Shown here piece after piece: positions 38,963-48,930 of a DNA stretch of 64,000 nucleotides. The notes under the pieces are model-generated. The model saw only the letters and a list, made by a program, of their open reading frames with translations. It was not told where the DNA came from and made no database searches. The first letter of the stretch is position 1. Each line of letters begins with the position of its first letter. Origin of the DNA: an uncultured Oscillospiraceae bacterium (GTDB taxonomy: Bacteria; Bacillota; Clostridia; Oscillospirales; Oscillospiraceae); the NCBI GenBank assembly GCA_934622035.1, contig CAKTVG010000003.1:465-64464 (forward strand), read 5' to 3'. Position numbers and translations under genes: made by a program.

Positions 38963-39574
38963 TTATTCCGGAGATTCTCTGCTTTCCAGCATTTCTACGC
39001 GCTCGGCCAGATAATCCAGCTCCGCACGGATGGGATCGGGCGTATGAATATGGTCTAGCTTCTCCCCGTTCAGACGCACGACGCGTCCGGGTACGCCGAC
39101 AACCGTCGAATAGGCGGGCACCTCGTTGAGCACGACGGAATTCGCCGCAATGCGCGCGTTGTCGCCGACCTTGAAGGGTCCGAGGATCTTTGCGCCGCAG
39201 CCGACCATGACGTTGTTTCCCAGCGTCGGGTGGCGCTTTCCTCTGGCAGCACCCGTGCCGCCGAGCGTCACGCCCTGGTAGAGCAGGCAGTCGTCGCCGA
39301 TCTCCGCCGTCGCACCGATGACAATCCCGGTACCGTGGTCGATCACAAGCCGCCGTCCGATTTTTGCCGCCGGGTGAATCTCCACGCCGGTGCGCCGCCT
39401 CGCAATCTGCGAGACCCAGCGCCCGAAAAATTTCATACGATGGGTAAACAGCCAGTGCGCGACACGGTAATACATCACTGCGTGCAGTCCGTTGTAAAGC
39501 CAGAAAACCTCAAATTTGCTTCTGGCCGCCGGGTCGTTGCGCTGATAGGCTTCTATGGTTTCTTTTAACCGCAT
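38963..39574 (-). CDS. cysE: Serine O-acetyltransferase
   Basis: The left-handed beta-helix hexapeptide repeats and the SAT N-terminal region fit cysE. The start is MRLKETIEAY with a GGAGGCG RBS. Confidence 0.9.
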   Translation of the reverse strand: MRLKETIEAYQRNDPAARSKFEVFWLYNGLHAVMYYRVAHWLFTHRMKFFGRWVSQIARRRTGVEIHPAAKIGRRLVIDHGTGIVIGATAEIGDDCLLYQGVTLGGTGAARGKRHPTLGNNVMVGCGAKILGPFKVGDNARIAANSVVLNEVPAYSTVVGVPGRVVRLNGEKLDHIHTPDPIRAELDYLAERVEMLESRESPE

Positions 39575-39806
39575 TTTTTCGCCTCCATACGGAAAAAGCC
39601 GCCTCCGGAAAAACTTTCCAGAGGCGGCATATACCGCGGTTCCACTCTGATTTCTCACTCACGCCTTAACGCGGCGAACGGGGTCTCCCCTGCGCTCCCG
39701 GGCGCACTTCACACGCATCCTGCCGCGTCCGCTTTCAGCCGGTGACGGACGCTCTCTGCTGCAAAAATGCGGGTTACTCTTCCCGTTCTCAGCGCTATTC
39801 AATACA
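39575..39806 (-). promoter_or_regulatory. T-box riboswitch leader (tRNA-Cys type) upstream of cysE-cysS
   Basis: The minus strand has an AGAGAG GA-motif and candidate specifier ..GGAUGCG.. (UGC), plus an F-box-like CGUUA. The T-box sequence AGAGTGGAACCGCGG is plus-strand 39635-39646. A terminator hairpin follows. Confidence 0.65.
39593..39628 (-). terminator. Attenuator terminator of the Cys T-box
   Basis: GCCGCCTCTGGAAAG..TTTCCGGAGGCGGC is followed by TTTTT on the minus strand, immediately upstream of the cysE RBS. Confidence 0.65.
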
Positions 39807-39813
39807 TACCAGT

Positions 39814-39842
39814 ATATTACCATTCCGGACGGAATGTGTCAA
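39814..39842 (-). promoter_or_regulatory. Candidate promoter for the Cys T-box transcript
   Basis: The minus strand reads TTGACA, a 17-nt spacer, then TAATAT. Confidence 0.5.
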
Positions 39843-39845
39843 TCC

Positions 39846-40409
39846 TCAGTTCTGAAAGACGCCGCGATTTTGCACAAAATACTCCACGCCGGAATAAATC
39901 GTCGTCAGAGATATCGCCGCAACAACGACCCAGTTAAACACATTCAGGAAGCTCACGCCGAGCAGATCCTCAAAAACAGAGGTGTTCAGGAAGAGCATCA
40001 GACAGATGCCGAACATTGTCACCGCCGTCTTGACCTTGCCGGACCAGCCGGCCGCGATGACATGGCCCTTTCCGGCGGCGATCATCCGCAGTCCGCTGAC
40101 CGCAAACTCCCGTGCCAGCACGATCATCACTGCCCAGGCGGGGAACTTGCCCCACTCGCAGAACATGACCATTGCAGAAATCACCAGTACCTTATCCGCC
40201 AGCGGGTCAAGGAACTTGCCAAGATCCGTCACCTGGTTGCAGCAGCGGGCAATCTGTCCATCGATCAAATCCGTCAGGCTGGCTATGGCAAACACGCCCA
40301 GCGCCACATACTGCATCACGGTGCCAAGCGTTTCCGACAAATACATGCAGATCAGAAATACCGGAATCAAGAAAATACGGATGAGAGTGATTTTGGTTGC
40401 CGTTGTCAT
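39846..40409 (-). CDS. pgsA: CDP-diacylglycerol--glycerol-3-phosphate 3-phosphatidyltransferase
   Basis: The CDP-alcohol phosphatidyltransferase motif is DLIDGQIAR...G...D.LADK. It is 187 aa. Confidence 0.9.
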   Translation of the reverse strand: MTTATKITLIRIFLIPVFLICMYLSETLGTVMQYVALGVFAIASLTDLIDGQIARCCNQVTDLGKFLDPLADKVLVISAMVMFCEWGKFPAWAVMIVLAREFAVSGLRMIAAGKGHVIAAGWSGKVKTAVTMFGICLMLFLNTSVFEDLLGVSFLNVFNWVVVAAISLTTIYSGVEYFVQNRGVFQN

Positions 40410-41734
40410 AGTGTTGCGTCTCCTGTTCTTCCTGTCAGATCGCCGTCAGCCACGCCGGTAATTTCCACCGGGACGAAGGTGCCTGTTTTGATTGTTTTTT
40501 CGCTGGTAAAAACGACTCTGCCATCAATGTCCGGGGAGTCAGCATAGGTTCTGCCAAAGTATTTTTCGCCGTCAAAGCCCTCGCAGAGAACCTCAAGCGT
40601 TTTTCCGCAGAGGCTCACATTGTATTCGTCCATGACGCGCGATTGCAGCTCGTTGATGATCTCCGCACGGCGCATCGCCACTTCCTCGGGCGGGTAGTCC
40701 ATGGCGGCAGCGGGCGTTCCCTCCTCTGGGGAGAAGGCAAAAGCGCCGACGCGCTCGAGCTTGTGCTCACGCAGCCAGTCGCAGAGCTCCTCAAACTCGG
40801 CCTCACCCTCGCCGGGCAGGCCGGCAATCAGGCTGGTGCGGATCACTGCGCCGGGCACTCGCGTGCGCAGCTTGGCAAACAGCTCGTCAAGCTCAGCACG
40901 CATTCCGCGGCGGTTCATCCGCTTGAGAATCGCGTCGTTGACATGCTGAATCGGAATATCAAAGTACTTGACGAGCTTCGGCTCCGTTGCGAAAACGTCG
41001 ATCAGCTCATCGGTGATCGCATCGGGATAGAGATAATGCACGCGGATCCAATGCAGCTTTTCGATCTTGCACAGCTCGCGCAGCAGCTCCGGCAGCATTT
41101 TCCTTCCATACAGATCCACACCGTAGCGGCTGGTATCCTGCGCAACGACGATCAGCTCCTTCACGCCGTCCTCCGCCAGCATCCGCGCCTCATAAAGGCA
41201 GTCGTCCATTGTGCGGCTGCGGTACTTACCGCGCAGATACGGAATCACGCAGAACGCGCAGCGGTTGTTGCAGCCCTCTGCGATTTTCAGGTAGGCGTAA
41301 TACTCCGGCGTGGTCAGGATGCGCCCGACCTCGTCGACCGGGGCGTCGATGTCGCCGAATTCCGCGACCGTCTGACCCTCCAGCAGCTTTTGCACCGTCT
41401 GCACGATGTCGCCGTAGCTGCCCGTGCCAAGCACACCGTCCACCTCCGGCAGCTCCTGTATGATCTCGTCCTGGTATCGCTGGGAAAGGCAACCGGTCAC
41501 AAGGATCTTGCCGATCAAGCCGTCCTTTTTCAATTCTCCCATCGCAAGGATATTATCAATTGCCTCGCTCTTGGCAGAGTCGATAAAGCCGCAGGTATTG
41601 ATAATGACCAGATCCGCGTTCTCAACCTCGGGCAGGATCTCATAGCCTGCCTCCCGCAGGAGATAGAGCATCTGCTCCGCGTTGACCTGGTTTTTTGCAC
41701 AGCCCAGTGAGATCATGCCGATCCGATTTCTCAT
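40406..41734 (-). CDS. rimO: Ribosomal protein S12 methylthiotransferase
   Basis: MTTase N-terminus, radical-SAM CNNRCAFC and a TRAM domain. The start is MRNRIGMISLGC with an AAAGGAAG RBS. Confidence 0.9.
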   Translation of the reverse strand: MRNRIGMISLGCAKNQVNAEQMLYLLREAGYEILPEVENADLVIINTCGFIDSAKSEAIDNILAMGELKKDGLIGKILVTGCLSQRYQDEIIQELPEVDGVLGTGSYGDIVQTVQKLLEGQTVAEFGDIDAPVDEVGRILTTPEYYAYLKIAEGCNNRCAFCVIPYLRGKYRSRTMDDCLYEARMLAEDGVKELIVVAQDTSRYGVDLYGRKMLPELLRELCKIEKLHWIRVHYLYPDAITDELIDVFATEPKLVKYFDIPIQHVNDAILKRMNRRGMRAELDELFAKLRTRVPGAVIRTSLIAGLPGEGEAEFEELCDWLREHKLERVGAFAFSPEEGTPAAAMDYPPEEVAMRRAEIINELQSRVMDEYNVSLCGKTLEVLCEGFDGEKYFGRTYADSPDIDGRVVFTSEKTIKTGTFVPVEITGVADGDLTGRTGDATL

Positions 41735-41759
41735 AGGCTTCGTTCTTCCTTTCTGTTGC

Positions 41760-42386
41760 TCATTCTTCCGGGAACTCTTCCTCCGGCGCATAGCGCTCCA
41801 AAGCGCTGCGGATGTCGCTCCACGAGTGGCCGCGGCGCAGCAGCGCGTCCGTGGCACGCTTCAGCTCCTTCTGATCGGGCTTCGCGCCGCAGAACCGGCG
41901 CCGCAGGAATTCATCTATCGCTTCCTCCCGCGGCGGAAGCGCCGCGAGCGCGCCGTCCCAAAGCTCCTTGGGGATTTTTTTCTCATAAAGCATCTGGCGA
42001 ATGCGCGCGGCGCCATAGCCCTTTGCCGTGCCGCTGCGGACGACCTGCAGAGCGACCTGCTCGTCGTCCAGCAGCCGCAGCTCATCCAGCCACTGCACCG
42101 CCTGCTGCGCATGCTCCTCCGTCTCGCCCTTGCGAACCAGACGGCTTTGCAGCTCGCGCCTGGACACGGGCGCGGCGGAAATGATCCGCACGGCGCGTTC
42201 CCGCGCCGAGGCCTCTCCGCAGGTGTCGCGCAGAGAGTCCATTGCGGCATCCGGGATTTCCACGCCGGGATAGAGGTTCAGCTCCGTGATCACCGAGGGA
42301 AAAACCAGCATGCTCGTGCCGTTGTCAAAGCGCAGACGCAGCTTTCCCTGCGGCGAACGCGTCTCCTCTATGGCCTCAACCTTCAT
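41760..42386 (-). CDS. recX: Recombination regulator RecX
   Basis: A 208-aa helical repeat protein that overlaps the recA stop, the classic recA-recX arrangement. Confidence 0.85.
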   Translation of the reverse strand: MKVEAIEETRSPQGKLRLRFDNGTSMLVFPSVITELNLYPGVEIPDAAMDSLRDTCGEASARERAVRIISAAPVSRRELQSRLVRKGETEEHAQQAVQWLDELRLLDDEQVALQVVRSGTAKGYGAARIRQMLYEKKIPKELWDGALAALPPREEAIDEFLRRRFCGAKPDQKELKRATDALLRRGHSWSDIRSALERYAPEEEFPEE

Positions 42387-43476
42387 CGAAGTCGTCCGCA
42401 GAGACGTCTACCGCCTTACCGGCAGGCTTCGCCACGGTCTTGCGGCTGTTCTGAAGCTGCGCCAGATTCTCGCGCACCTTGGCCTCCAGCATGTCCGCAA
42501 GCTCGGGATGGTCGGCGATGTACTGCTTGGCATTGTCGCGGCCCTGACCGATACGCTCGTCGCCGACGGAGAACCAGCTGCCGCTCTTGTTGACCAGGTC
42601 AAGGTTGACCGCCAAATCCAGCAGCTCGCCGAAGCGGGAAATGCCCTCGCCGTACATGATATCGAACACCGCCTCGCGGAAGGGAGGCGCAACCTTATTC
42701 TTGATAACCTTAACGCGCGTGCGGTTGCCCACGATCTCTGTGCCGTTCTTGATTGCCTCGATCTTGCGCACGTCCAGACGCACGGAGGAATAGAACTTCA
42801 GCGCGTTGCCGCCGGTCGTCGTCTCCGGATTGCCGTACATCACGCCGATCTTCATACGCAGCTGGTTGATGAAAATGACGATACAGTTGGTCTTTGCGAC
42901 CGTACCGGCCAGCTTGCGCAGTGCCTGAGACATCAGGCGCGCCTGAAGGCCGACGAAGGCCTCGCCCATCTCGCCTTCAATTTCGGCACGGGGCGTCAGA
43001 GCCGCGACGGAGTCAACCACAACCACGTCGATGGCGCCAGAACGGACAAGCGCGTCCGTGATATCCAGCGCCTGCTCGCCGGTATCCGGCTGAGAGACCA
43101 GCATGGAATCGATATCCACACCGATGGCGGCGGCATAGCCGGGATCGAGCGCATGCTCTGCATCCACAAAGGCGACCTCTCCGCCGCGCTTCTGCGCGGA
43201 AGCAAGCACATGCAGCGCCAGCGTCGTTTTACCGGAGGATTCCGGGCCGTAAATCTCAATGATTCTGCCGCGCGGCAGGCCGCCGATGCCCAGCGCCGCA
43301 TCCAGCGCCAGGGAGCCGGTGGGGATGGCATCCACGTTCATTTCAGGCTTGTCGCCCAGACGCATGACCGCGCCCTTGCCATAGTTCTTTTCGATCTGAT
43401 GCAGAGCGGTTTCCAGCGCCTTGCGCTTATCGTCCGCGGGCGACGGCGCTTCGTAAGCAGGTTTCTTTGATGCCAT
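42376..43476 (-). CDS. recA: Recombinase RecA
   Basis: Walker [10 protein letters not shown] plus the L1/L2 loops. The start is MASKKP. Confidence 0.97.
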   Translation of the reverse strand: MASKKPAYEAPSPADDKRKALETALHQIEKNYGKGAVMRLGDKPEMNVDAIPTGSLALDAALGIGGLPRGRIIEIYGPESSGKTTLALHVLASAQKRGGEVAFVDAEHALDPGYAAAIGVDIDSMLVSQPDTGEQALDITDALVRSGAIDVVVVDSVAALTPRAEIEGEMGEAFVGLQARLMSQALRKLAGTVAKTNCIVIFINQLRMKIGVMYGNPETTTGGNALKFYSSVRLDVRKIEAIKNGTEIVGNRTRVKVIKNKVAPPFREAVFDIMYGEGISRFGELLDLAVNLDLVNKSGSWFSVGDERIGQGRDNAKQYIADHPELADMLEAKVRENLAQLQNSRKTVAKPAGKAVDVSADDFDEG

Positions 43477-43478
43477 AA

Positions 43479-44348
43479 TCAATTTTCCTCCCGTTTCTGG
43501 GCAAGCACTGCCCTCGTGATATTTGCGGTGTCTTTTTTCAGCTCCAGCACCTCATAGCCGCCGCGTTCCAGCAGCCTGCACACGGCGTCCGCCTGGCCCA
43601 TGCCAAACTCGAAGCAGAGATAGCCGCGCGGGGCAAGCACGGAGCTGTAATTCTGAATGATACTCCGATAATAATCCAGACCGTCCTCGCCGCCGTCGAG
43701 TGCCAGATGCGGCTCAAAATCGCGCACGGAGGGATCGAGCGTCTTCATCTCCGCCGTGGTGATGTAGGGCGGGTTGGCGACGATCAGATCGTAGGTGCCC
43801 AAGAATTCCTGTGCGGGCTTGCATGCATCCATCGCCACGCAATTGACGCGGCCGGTCAGCTTCAGCTGCGCCGCATTTCGCCGTGCAACGCGCAGCGCCG
43901 CCGGGGAAATATCGCCCAGCGTGACGCGGGCGTCCTTCACGCGCCGCGCAATTGCCAGGCCAATGCAGCCGGAGCCTGTGCAAAGATCGAGAATTCTCGG
44001 ATTCTGTTCCAGGAACATCGCTTTCTTGATGGCCAACTCCGTCACCACCACGGTGTCGTCCCGCGGGATGAGCACATCCGGCGTTACGATCAGAGTCATG
44101 CCGTAAAAATCCCATTGCCCGAGAATATAGGGCATCGGCTCACCGTGCAGCTTGCGCCGCACGAAGGACTCCATCAGCTCGCAGACCTCCTGCGAGGCAT
44201 ACAGCTCACGGTCGGCAATGATCTGCTCGGCCGTTTTCCCGGAGGCGGCGCAGAGAAGCTCCCGCGCAACATTGGCGGCAAACTGCCCCTCTTGCGTCAG
44301 GAGCGCCCGGCGGGCGTCCAGGTAAAGGTCGGCATACTTCTTTACCAT
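43479..44348 (-). CDS. prmC: Release factor glutamine N5-methyltransferase
   Basis: The NPPY motif (VANPPYI) and the SAM-binding LDLCTGSG fit prmC. Confidence 0.9.
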   Translation of the reverse strand: MVKKYADLYLDARRALLTQEGQFAANVARELLCAASGKTAEQIIADRELYASQEVCELMESFVRRKLHGEPMPYILGQWDFYGMTLIVTPDVLIPRDDTVVVTELAIKKAMFLEQNPRILDLCTGSGCIGLAIARRVKDARVTLGDISPAALRVARRNAAQLKLTGRVNCVAMDACKPAQEFLGTYDLIVANPPYITTAEMKTLDPSVRDFEPHLALDGGEDGLDYYRSIIQNYSSVLAPRGYLCFEFGMGQADAVCRLLERGGYEVLELKKDTANITRAVLAQKREEN

Positions 44349-45337
44349 CTGTCTTCCCCTTCCTTCTCCGGCAGAACCAACGTCAGCGCCTCGATGCCGA
44401 CCTCGATCATGGAGTCATCCGGTTCGTTCGTCGTCAGATATTGCAGCCACATGCCCGGCGCAGAGAGCGCATGCGTCAGCCAGTTGTCATGGCGACCGAC
44501 GAGGCGGTTGAACTCATAGCTGACACCCACCACGATCGGCAGAAGCAGCAGCTTCTGCGCCAGACGAATCAGCACCTTCAGGATGGTGACGTCCGTCACC
44601 GGCGTAATGGGCCGCAGCAGCGGCGTCGCAATGGAAAACACCAGAATGGAGACAATCATCACAACGAACAGAAAGCTCGTGCCGCAGCGCGGATGCAGGC
44701 GGGTCTGCACACGGACATTCTCAACCGTCAGCGGCAGGCGCGCCTCATAGCAGCGGATGGTCTTGTGCTCCGCGCCATGGTAGGAAAAAACGCGCTTCAT
44801 ATCCTTCATTCTGGAAATCAGGAACATGTACAGCAGAAACACCAGAATTCGAATGACGCCCTCGATCAGGTTCCACAACAGCTCATTCTCCTTCGTCCAG
44901 GCCTTGATCGGCAGCGCGATCAGCATCGGGAGGACAAAGAACAGCGCAATGGAAAACAGCAGGCCGAGCACAACGGAAAAAGTCACCAGCGCCGTCTGTG
45001 CCTTCTCACCGGAGAGCTTCTTCTCCAGCCACTGGTCAAACTTGGACTGCTTCGCGGGCTCCTCATCCTCATCCTCCGCAAAAAAGTCTGCGGAATACAT
45101 CAACGCGCTCGTGCCGACCTTCATCGATTTGCAAAAATTAAAAACTCCGCGCAGGATCGGCAGCTTTTTGATGGAAAAGCCCTCTTTTTTGGGGATCGGC
45201 GTCACCTTGGTTTGCAGCCCGTCCTTCGTGCGCACGACGACGGCGGATTTCTCCGGACCCATCATCATAATGCCCTCAATCAGCGCCTGGCCGCCGATCA
45301 TTGTTTTGAATTTCTCATTTGATGTTTTTTTAGCCAT
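44342..45337 (-). CDS. DUF1385 (YqhQ-like) membrane-associated protein
   Basis: 331 aa with the DUF1385 signature (IGGQALIEGIMMMGP...YHGAEHK). It is commonly found next to prmC in Firmicutes. Confidence 0.8.
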   Translation of the reverse strand: MAKKTSNEKFKTMIGGQALIEGIMMMGPEKSAVVVRTKDGLQTKVTPIPKKEGFSIKKLPILRGVFNFCKSMKVGTSALMYSADFFAEDEDEEPAKQSKFDQWLEKKLSGEKAQTALVTFSVVLGLLFSIALFFVLPMLIALPIKAWTKENELLWNLIEGVIRILVFLLYMFLISRMKDMKRVFSYHGAEHKTIRCYEARLPLTVENVRVQTRLHPRCGTSFLFVVMIVSILVFSIATPLLRPITPVTDVTILKVLIRLAQKLLLLPIVVGVSYEFNRLVGRHDNWLTHALSAPGMWLQYLTTNEPDDSMIEVGIEALTLVLPEKEGEDRW

Positions 45338-45348
45338 GATGCTCCTTT

Positions 45349-46770
45349 CTATTGCGCCTCCATGGGCAGGCGTATGGTCACAACCGCGCCGCCGCCCTCT
45401 GCATTGGCGATCTCAAGGGTGCCGCCGTGCAGCGTGACGATCTCTTCACAGACCGCCAGGCCAATGCCGCTGCCGCGCGCCTTGGATGAGCCCTTGTAAA
45501 ATTTCTTCTTCACCAGAGGCAGCTCCTCCTCCGGTACGCCGGGGCCAAAGTCCCGGATACGGATAACGACCTGCTCCCCTTCGGTCAGAATTTCCGCCGT
45601 AATGCGGCCGCCGTCGCCGCCATGCTTGGCGGCATTGTCCAGAATGTTCAAAAACACCTGACGCATGCGGGCGGGGTCGCAGGAAATCTCCGGAATATCA
45701 CAGTCATTTTCCAGATATTCCAGCTCTATGCCCTCCTGATGAAGGCGGGAGCCGTACATAAAGACGGTATCCTCAAATTCCGCACGGATATCGCATTTCG
45801 TAATATTCAAGGTAAATCGGCCGTCCTGAATGCGGGTGAATTCCAGCAGCTCCTCGACCATGCCGGTCAGTCGCTTGGATTCGCGCAGGATGATATTCAG
45901 GCCGCGCTTGGCGTCCTCCGTTTTCACACTGTCGCCGGCGGAAAGCAGCGTCTCGCTCCAGCCGCTAATAGCCGTCAGGGGCGTGCGCAGCTCATGGGAA
46001 ACCGACGACATAAACTCCGACTGCATCCGCTCGGACTGGCTGATCTTATTGGACATGTCATTGATTGTATCGGCCAGCTCGCCGATCTCGTCGTCGAACT
46101 GCCGGTGGATCTGAATGCCATAGCTGCCTGCCGCGATGCGCTTTGCCACGGAGGTGATCTCCGCCACCGGCACCAGAATGGTTTTGATATAATACTTGCC
46201 GCTGACATAGACAATCAGCAAAATTACCGCGCCAACCAGCGTAACGATCACGCTGAAAAAGAGAATCTGCCGGTCCACGTTTTTCAGGCTCGTCACATAG
46301 CGAAGCACGCCAATGACCTCGCCGTTGGAATAAATCAGCGGGCTGGAAACCGCCATAATGCGCTCTCCCGTCGCCGGATTCGTACCGGTGAAGGAGCTGA
46401 TCTGCTTTGTGGCAATGGCGTTTGTGACGTCCGAGGTCACGCTGACCTTGCCGGAAAAGCGCCCATAGGAGGAAGCGACGATGCGGTTGTTCGTGTTGAT
46501 AAATTGCAGCTCCATCACGTTTTTCGACTCGAAGGTCTGAGCGAATTTTGCGCAGGAGCGATAGTATTCGTTGTAGCTCTGGCCGATGTAGTTCTCAAAA
46601 AAGCTCGTGCTTGCGCGGGCCTTGCTCTCCATCCCGGCCTCCATACTGGAATAGTAGTAGGCCGCAACCATGACGGACAGCACGGTGATGCACACCAGCA
46701 CCAGCGCCAGCACCAGGCTCAGCGTATTGCGGAGCCAGCGTTTTTGCAGGCCCCTCGTTTGCAGCGCCAC
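45349..46770 (-). CDS. Sensor histidine kinase (TM-sensor-TM, HAMP, HisKA, HATPase_c)
   Basis: The H-box is SHELRTPLTAISGW, with N/G1/G2 boxes downstream. Confidence 0.9.
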   Translation of the reverse strand: MALQTRGLQKRWLRNTLSLVLALVLVCITVLSVMVAAYYYSSMEAGMESKARASTSFFENYIGQSYNEYYRSCAKFAQTFESKNVMELQFINTNNRIVASSYGRFSGKVSVTSDVTNAIATKQISSFTGTNPATGERIMAVSSPLIYSNGEVIGVLRYVTSLKNVDRQILFFSVIVTLVGAVILLIVYVSGKYYIKTILVPVAEITSVAKRIAAGSYGIQIHRQFDDEIGELADTINDMSNKISQSERMQSEFMSSVSHELRTPLTAISGWSETLLSAGDSVKTEDAKRGLNIILRESKRLTGMVEELLEFTRIQDGRFTLNITKCDIRAEFEDTVFMYGSRLHQEGIELEYLENDCDIPEISCDPARMRQVFLNILDNAAKHGGDGGRITAEILTEGEQVVIRIRDFGPGVPEEELPLVKKKFYKGSSKARGSGIGLAVCEEIVTLHGGTLEIANAEGGGAVVTIRLPMEAQ

Positions 46771-46805
46771 CGCGCGTCACCTCCCCCGGAATGATTTTGG
46801 CCGCG

Positions 46806-47492
46806 TCACAGTCCCCATTTATAGCCATAGCCCCAAACCGTCGTGATGTAGGAGGGGTTGGCAGTGTTATCCTCGATTTTAATGCGCAGACGGCGAATAT
46901 TGACGTCTACGATTTTCAGTTCGCCGTCGTATTCCCTGCCCCAGACGGAGGTCAGAATGTCCTCGCGCGAAAGCGCACGTCCGGGGTTCTGCATAAAGAG
47001 CTGGATGATGGCATATTCCACCTGCGTCAGCTTGATGCGGCGGCCGTCCTTTTCCAGCGTGCGGTTGCGGATATTGAGCCGGAAGGGCTCGTGGACGATG
47101 ATCTCCGGATTGCTCTCCGCAACGCCGCCGATGCGGCGGTAGAGCGCGTCAATGCGCGCGGTCAGCTCCGCCGGGGAGAAGGGCTTGGTCACATAGTCGT
47201 CTGCACCGGTCATCAGGCCGGTCACCTTGTCCATCTCCTGCGTTCTGGCCGTCAGCATAATAATGCCGATGGTCTTGTTTGTCGCGCGAATGCTGCGGCA
47301 GACCTCAAAGCCGTCGATATCCGGCAGCATGATATCCAGGATCGCCACGCCGATGTCCGGGTTCTCCTTCAGCTTGTCCAGCGCTTCCTGGCCCGTGCCC
47401 GCCTCGATCGGCTCATACCCGGCGCGTTTCAGATTGATCACAACGAAGCTGCGAATGCTGACCTCGTCCTCCAATATCAGAACCTTTTTCAT
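46806..47492 (-). CDS. OmpR family response regulator
   Basis: The receiver domain (LILEDE...D at the phosphoacceptor position) is followed by a winged-helix trans_reg_C domain. The start is MKKVLILEDE with an AAGGAGAG RBS. Confidence 0.9.
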   Translation of the reverse strand: MKKVLILEDEVSIRSFVVINLKRAGYEPIEAGTGQEALDKLKENPDIGVAILDIMLPDIDGFEVCRSIRATNKTIGIIMLTARTQEMDKVTGLMTGADDYVTKPFSPAELTARIDALYRRIGGVAESNPEIIVHEPFRLNIRNRTLEKDGRRIKLTQVEYAIIQLFMQNPGRALSREDILTSVWGREYDGELKIVDVNIRRLRIKIEDNTANPSYITTVWGYGYKWGL

Positions 47493-47515
47493 GCTTCTTC
47501 TCTCCTTCTTCTCAA

Positions 47516-48856
47516 TCAGGTCTCGCCTGTCTTCCAATCCACATGAATAAAGTGGAACATCCCGCGGATGGTATCATCGTTTAGTACACTGGCAACATTG
47601 GCCGTGCCGATCCGGAACGCATAAATCACGTCGCCCTTCTGGGTCAGTGTCGTCCAGTCCGCATCGCGCACGGTCTGTGCGGCATCCTCGCCGCTCACCG
47701 CCGCAATGCTGAACAGCTCCTGCGCCTCCGGCCCGCCGTTGCGCAGGGAGAAGATGTATCCCGTTTTTCCCAGCAGCGCCGGCCCCTGCCAGACCACAAG
47801 CGCGCTCTTCCAGCGCTCCGGGATCTCCAGATACCAGCCGCCGGCGTAGTTGTGATAGGTCGTAAGCTTGACGCCCGTCTCACCGCCGTCCGGGCTGAGA
47901 TTGTACCACTCGATCAGAGACTGATTCTTCGTATAGTCGTCTGCGACGTTTTCATAGGTCATCGGCAGAAGATCCACCACGCGCGGCAGCTCGATCAGGC
48001 CGTCGCCGTCGATGTCGCAGCTGTAGACATTGTAGTTGCGCAGGGTGCGCACCTCGGTGTCCGTCCCCTTGGTCAGGTTTTCAAAGACGCCGTTGCGGTA
48101 GCCGTAGATATCCGTGGTGATGTGCTCCTCGTCGAGCTCGCTGGAGACGAACACCGCGGGCGTGCCGCTGAAGACGTTGCCCGTGATGATTCTCTTCACC
48201 GAGGTCACGTTCGCCACGGAGGAAACCTCGCGCTCCTTGAACAGCTGCGCATTTTTCCAGGTATACAGCTCCACGATCTCGCACTGCATGTCGCCGTCGC
48301 TGCGGATGACCAGAATGTCCTGTCTGCCGGAGCCGGTCAGATCCGTCGTGATGAATTCGCTGTAGTTCGCATTCATCAATTCCGTCAGCTCACCGTTGCG
48401 CAGAGCGTAGACATTCAAAAGCTGCATCACCTGGCCGCTGATCTGGCGGCCGAGGACGATCTCGTAACCAGGCACATCGTCAAAAGGGACATAGAGCACA
48501 TGGTCAAAGGCGCTGCCGCTGCCCTCCACCTTGGAGACCAGGGAAAAGCTGTCGTCCTTTTTGTCAAACACATAGACCGCCAGCGGGAGATCCGACTCCG
48601 CCTTGAGATAGACGATTGCCTCATCCTCACCGTCGCCGTCCAAATCGGCAAGCTGCACCGCCTGCTGATTCTCTCCCGCGACGGGCGGGCTGTAGGCTGC
48701 ATACTCCGGCATGGCCGCCTCGATGGCGCTCTGCAAATTATAATAATCCTCCGGCTGCTTCGGGACCGCATAAAGTCCCTCAGCAGGTTCCAGAAAGCAG
48801 CCGCCCAGCAGTGCGGACAGCAGCAGCAAGCCGATGCATATGACAGTACGTTTCAA
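47516..48856 (-). CDS. Lipoprotein with FG-GAP/VCBS-like repeats, co-operonic with the two-component system
   Basis: The signal peptide has an LGGC lipobox. DxDGDG calcium-binding-like motifs (LADLDGDGEDEAIVYL, SCDIDGDGLIELP, TGSGRQDILVIRSDG) point to a beta-propeller. The gene ends 23 bp upstream of the response regulator. Confidence 0.7.
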   Translation of the reverse strand: MKRTVICIGLLLLSALLGGCFLEPAEGLYAVPKQPEDYYNLQSAIEAAMPEYAAYSPPVAGENQQAVQLADLDGDGEDEAIVYLKAESDLPLAVYVFDKKDDSFSLVSKVEGSGSAFDHVLYVPFDDVPGYEIVLGRQISGQVMQLLNVYALRNGELTELMNANYSEFITTDLTGSGRQDILVIRSDGDMQCEIVELYTWKNAQLFKEREVSSVANVTSVKRIITGNVFSGTPAVFVSSELDEEHITTDIYGYRNGVFENLTKGTDTEVRTLRNYNVYSCDIDGDGLIELPRVVDLLPMTYENVADDYTKNQSLIEWYNLSPDGGETGVKLTTYHNYAGGWYLEIPERWKSALVVWQGPALLGKTGYIFSLRNGGPEAQELFSIAAVSGEDAAQTVRDADWTTLTQKGDVIYAFRIGTANVASVLNDDTIRGMFHFIHVDWKTGET

Positions 48857-48930
48857 GGCAGCGCCTCCCTTCCCGATTCATTCTGATATTATAGCATAAA
48901 TTGTAACAATTGTGTAGTATTTAAAAGATT

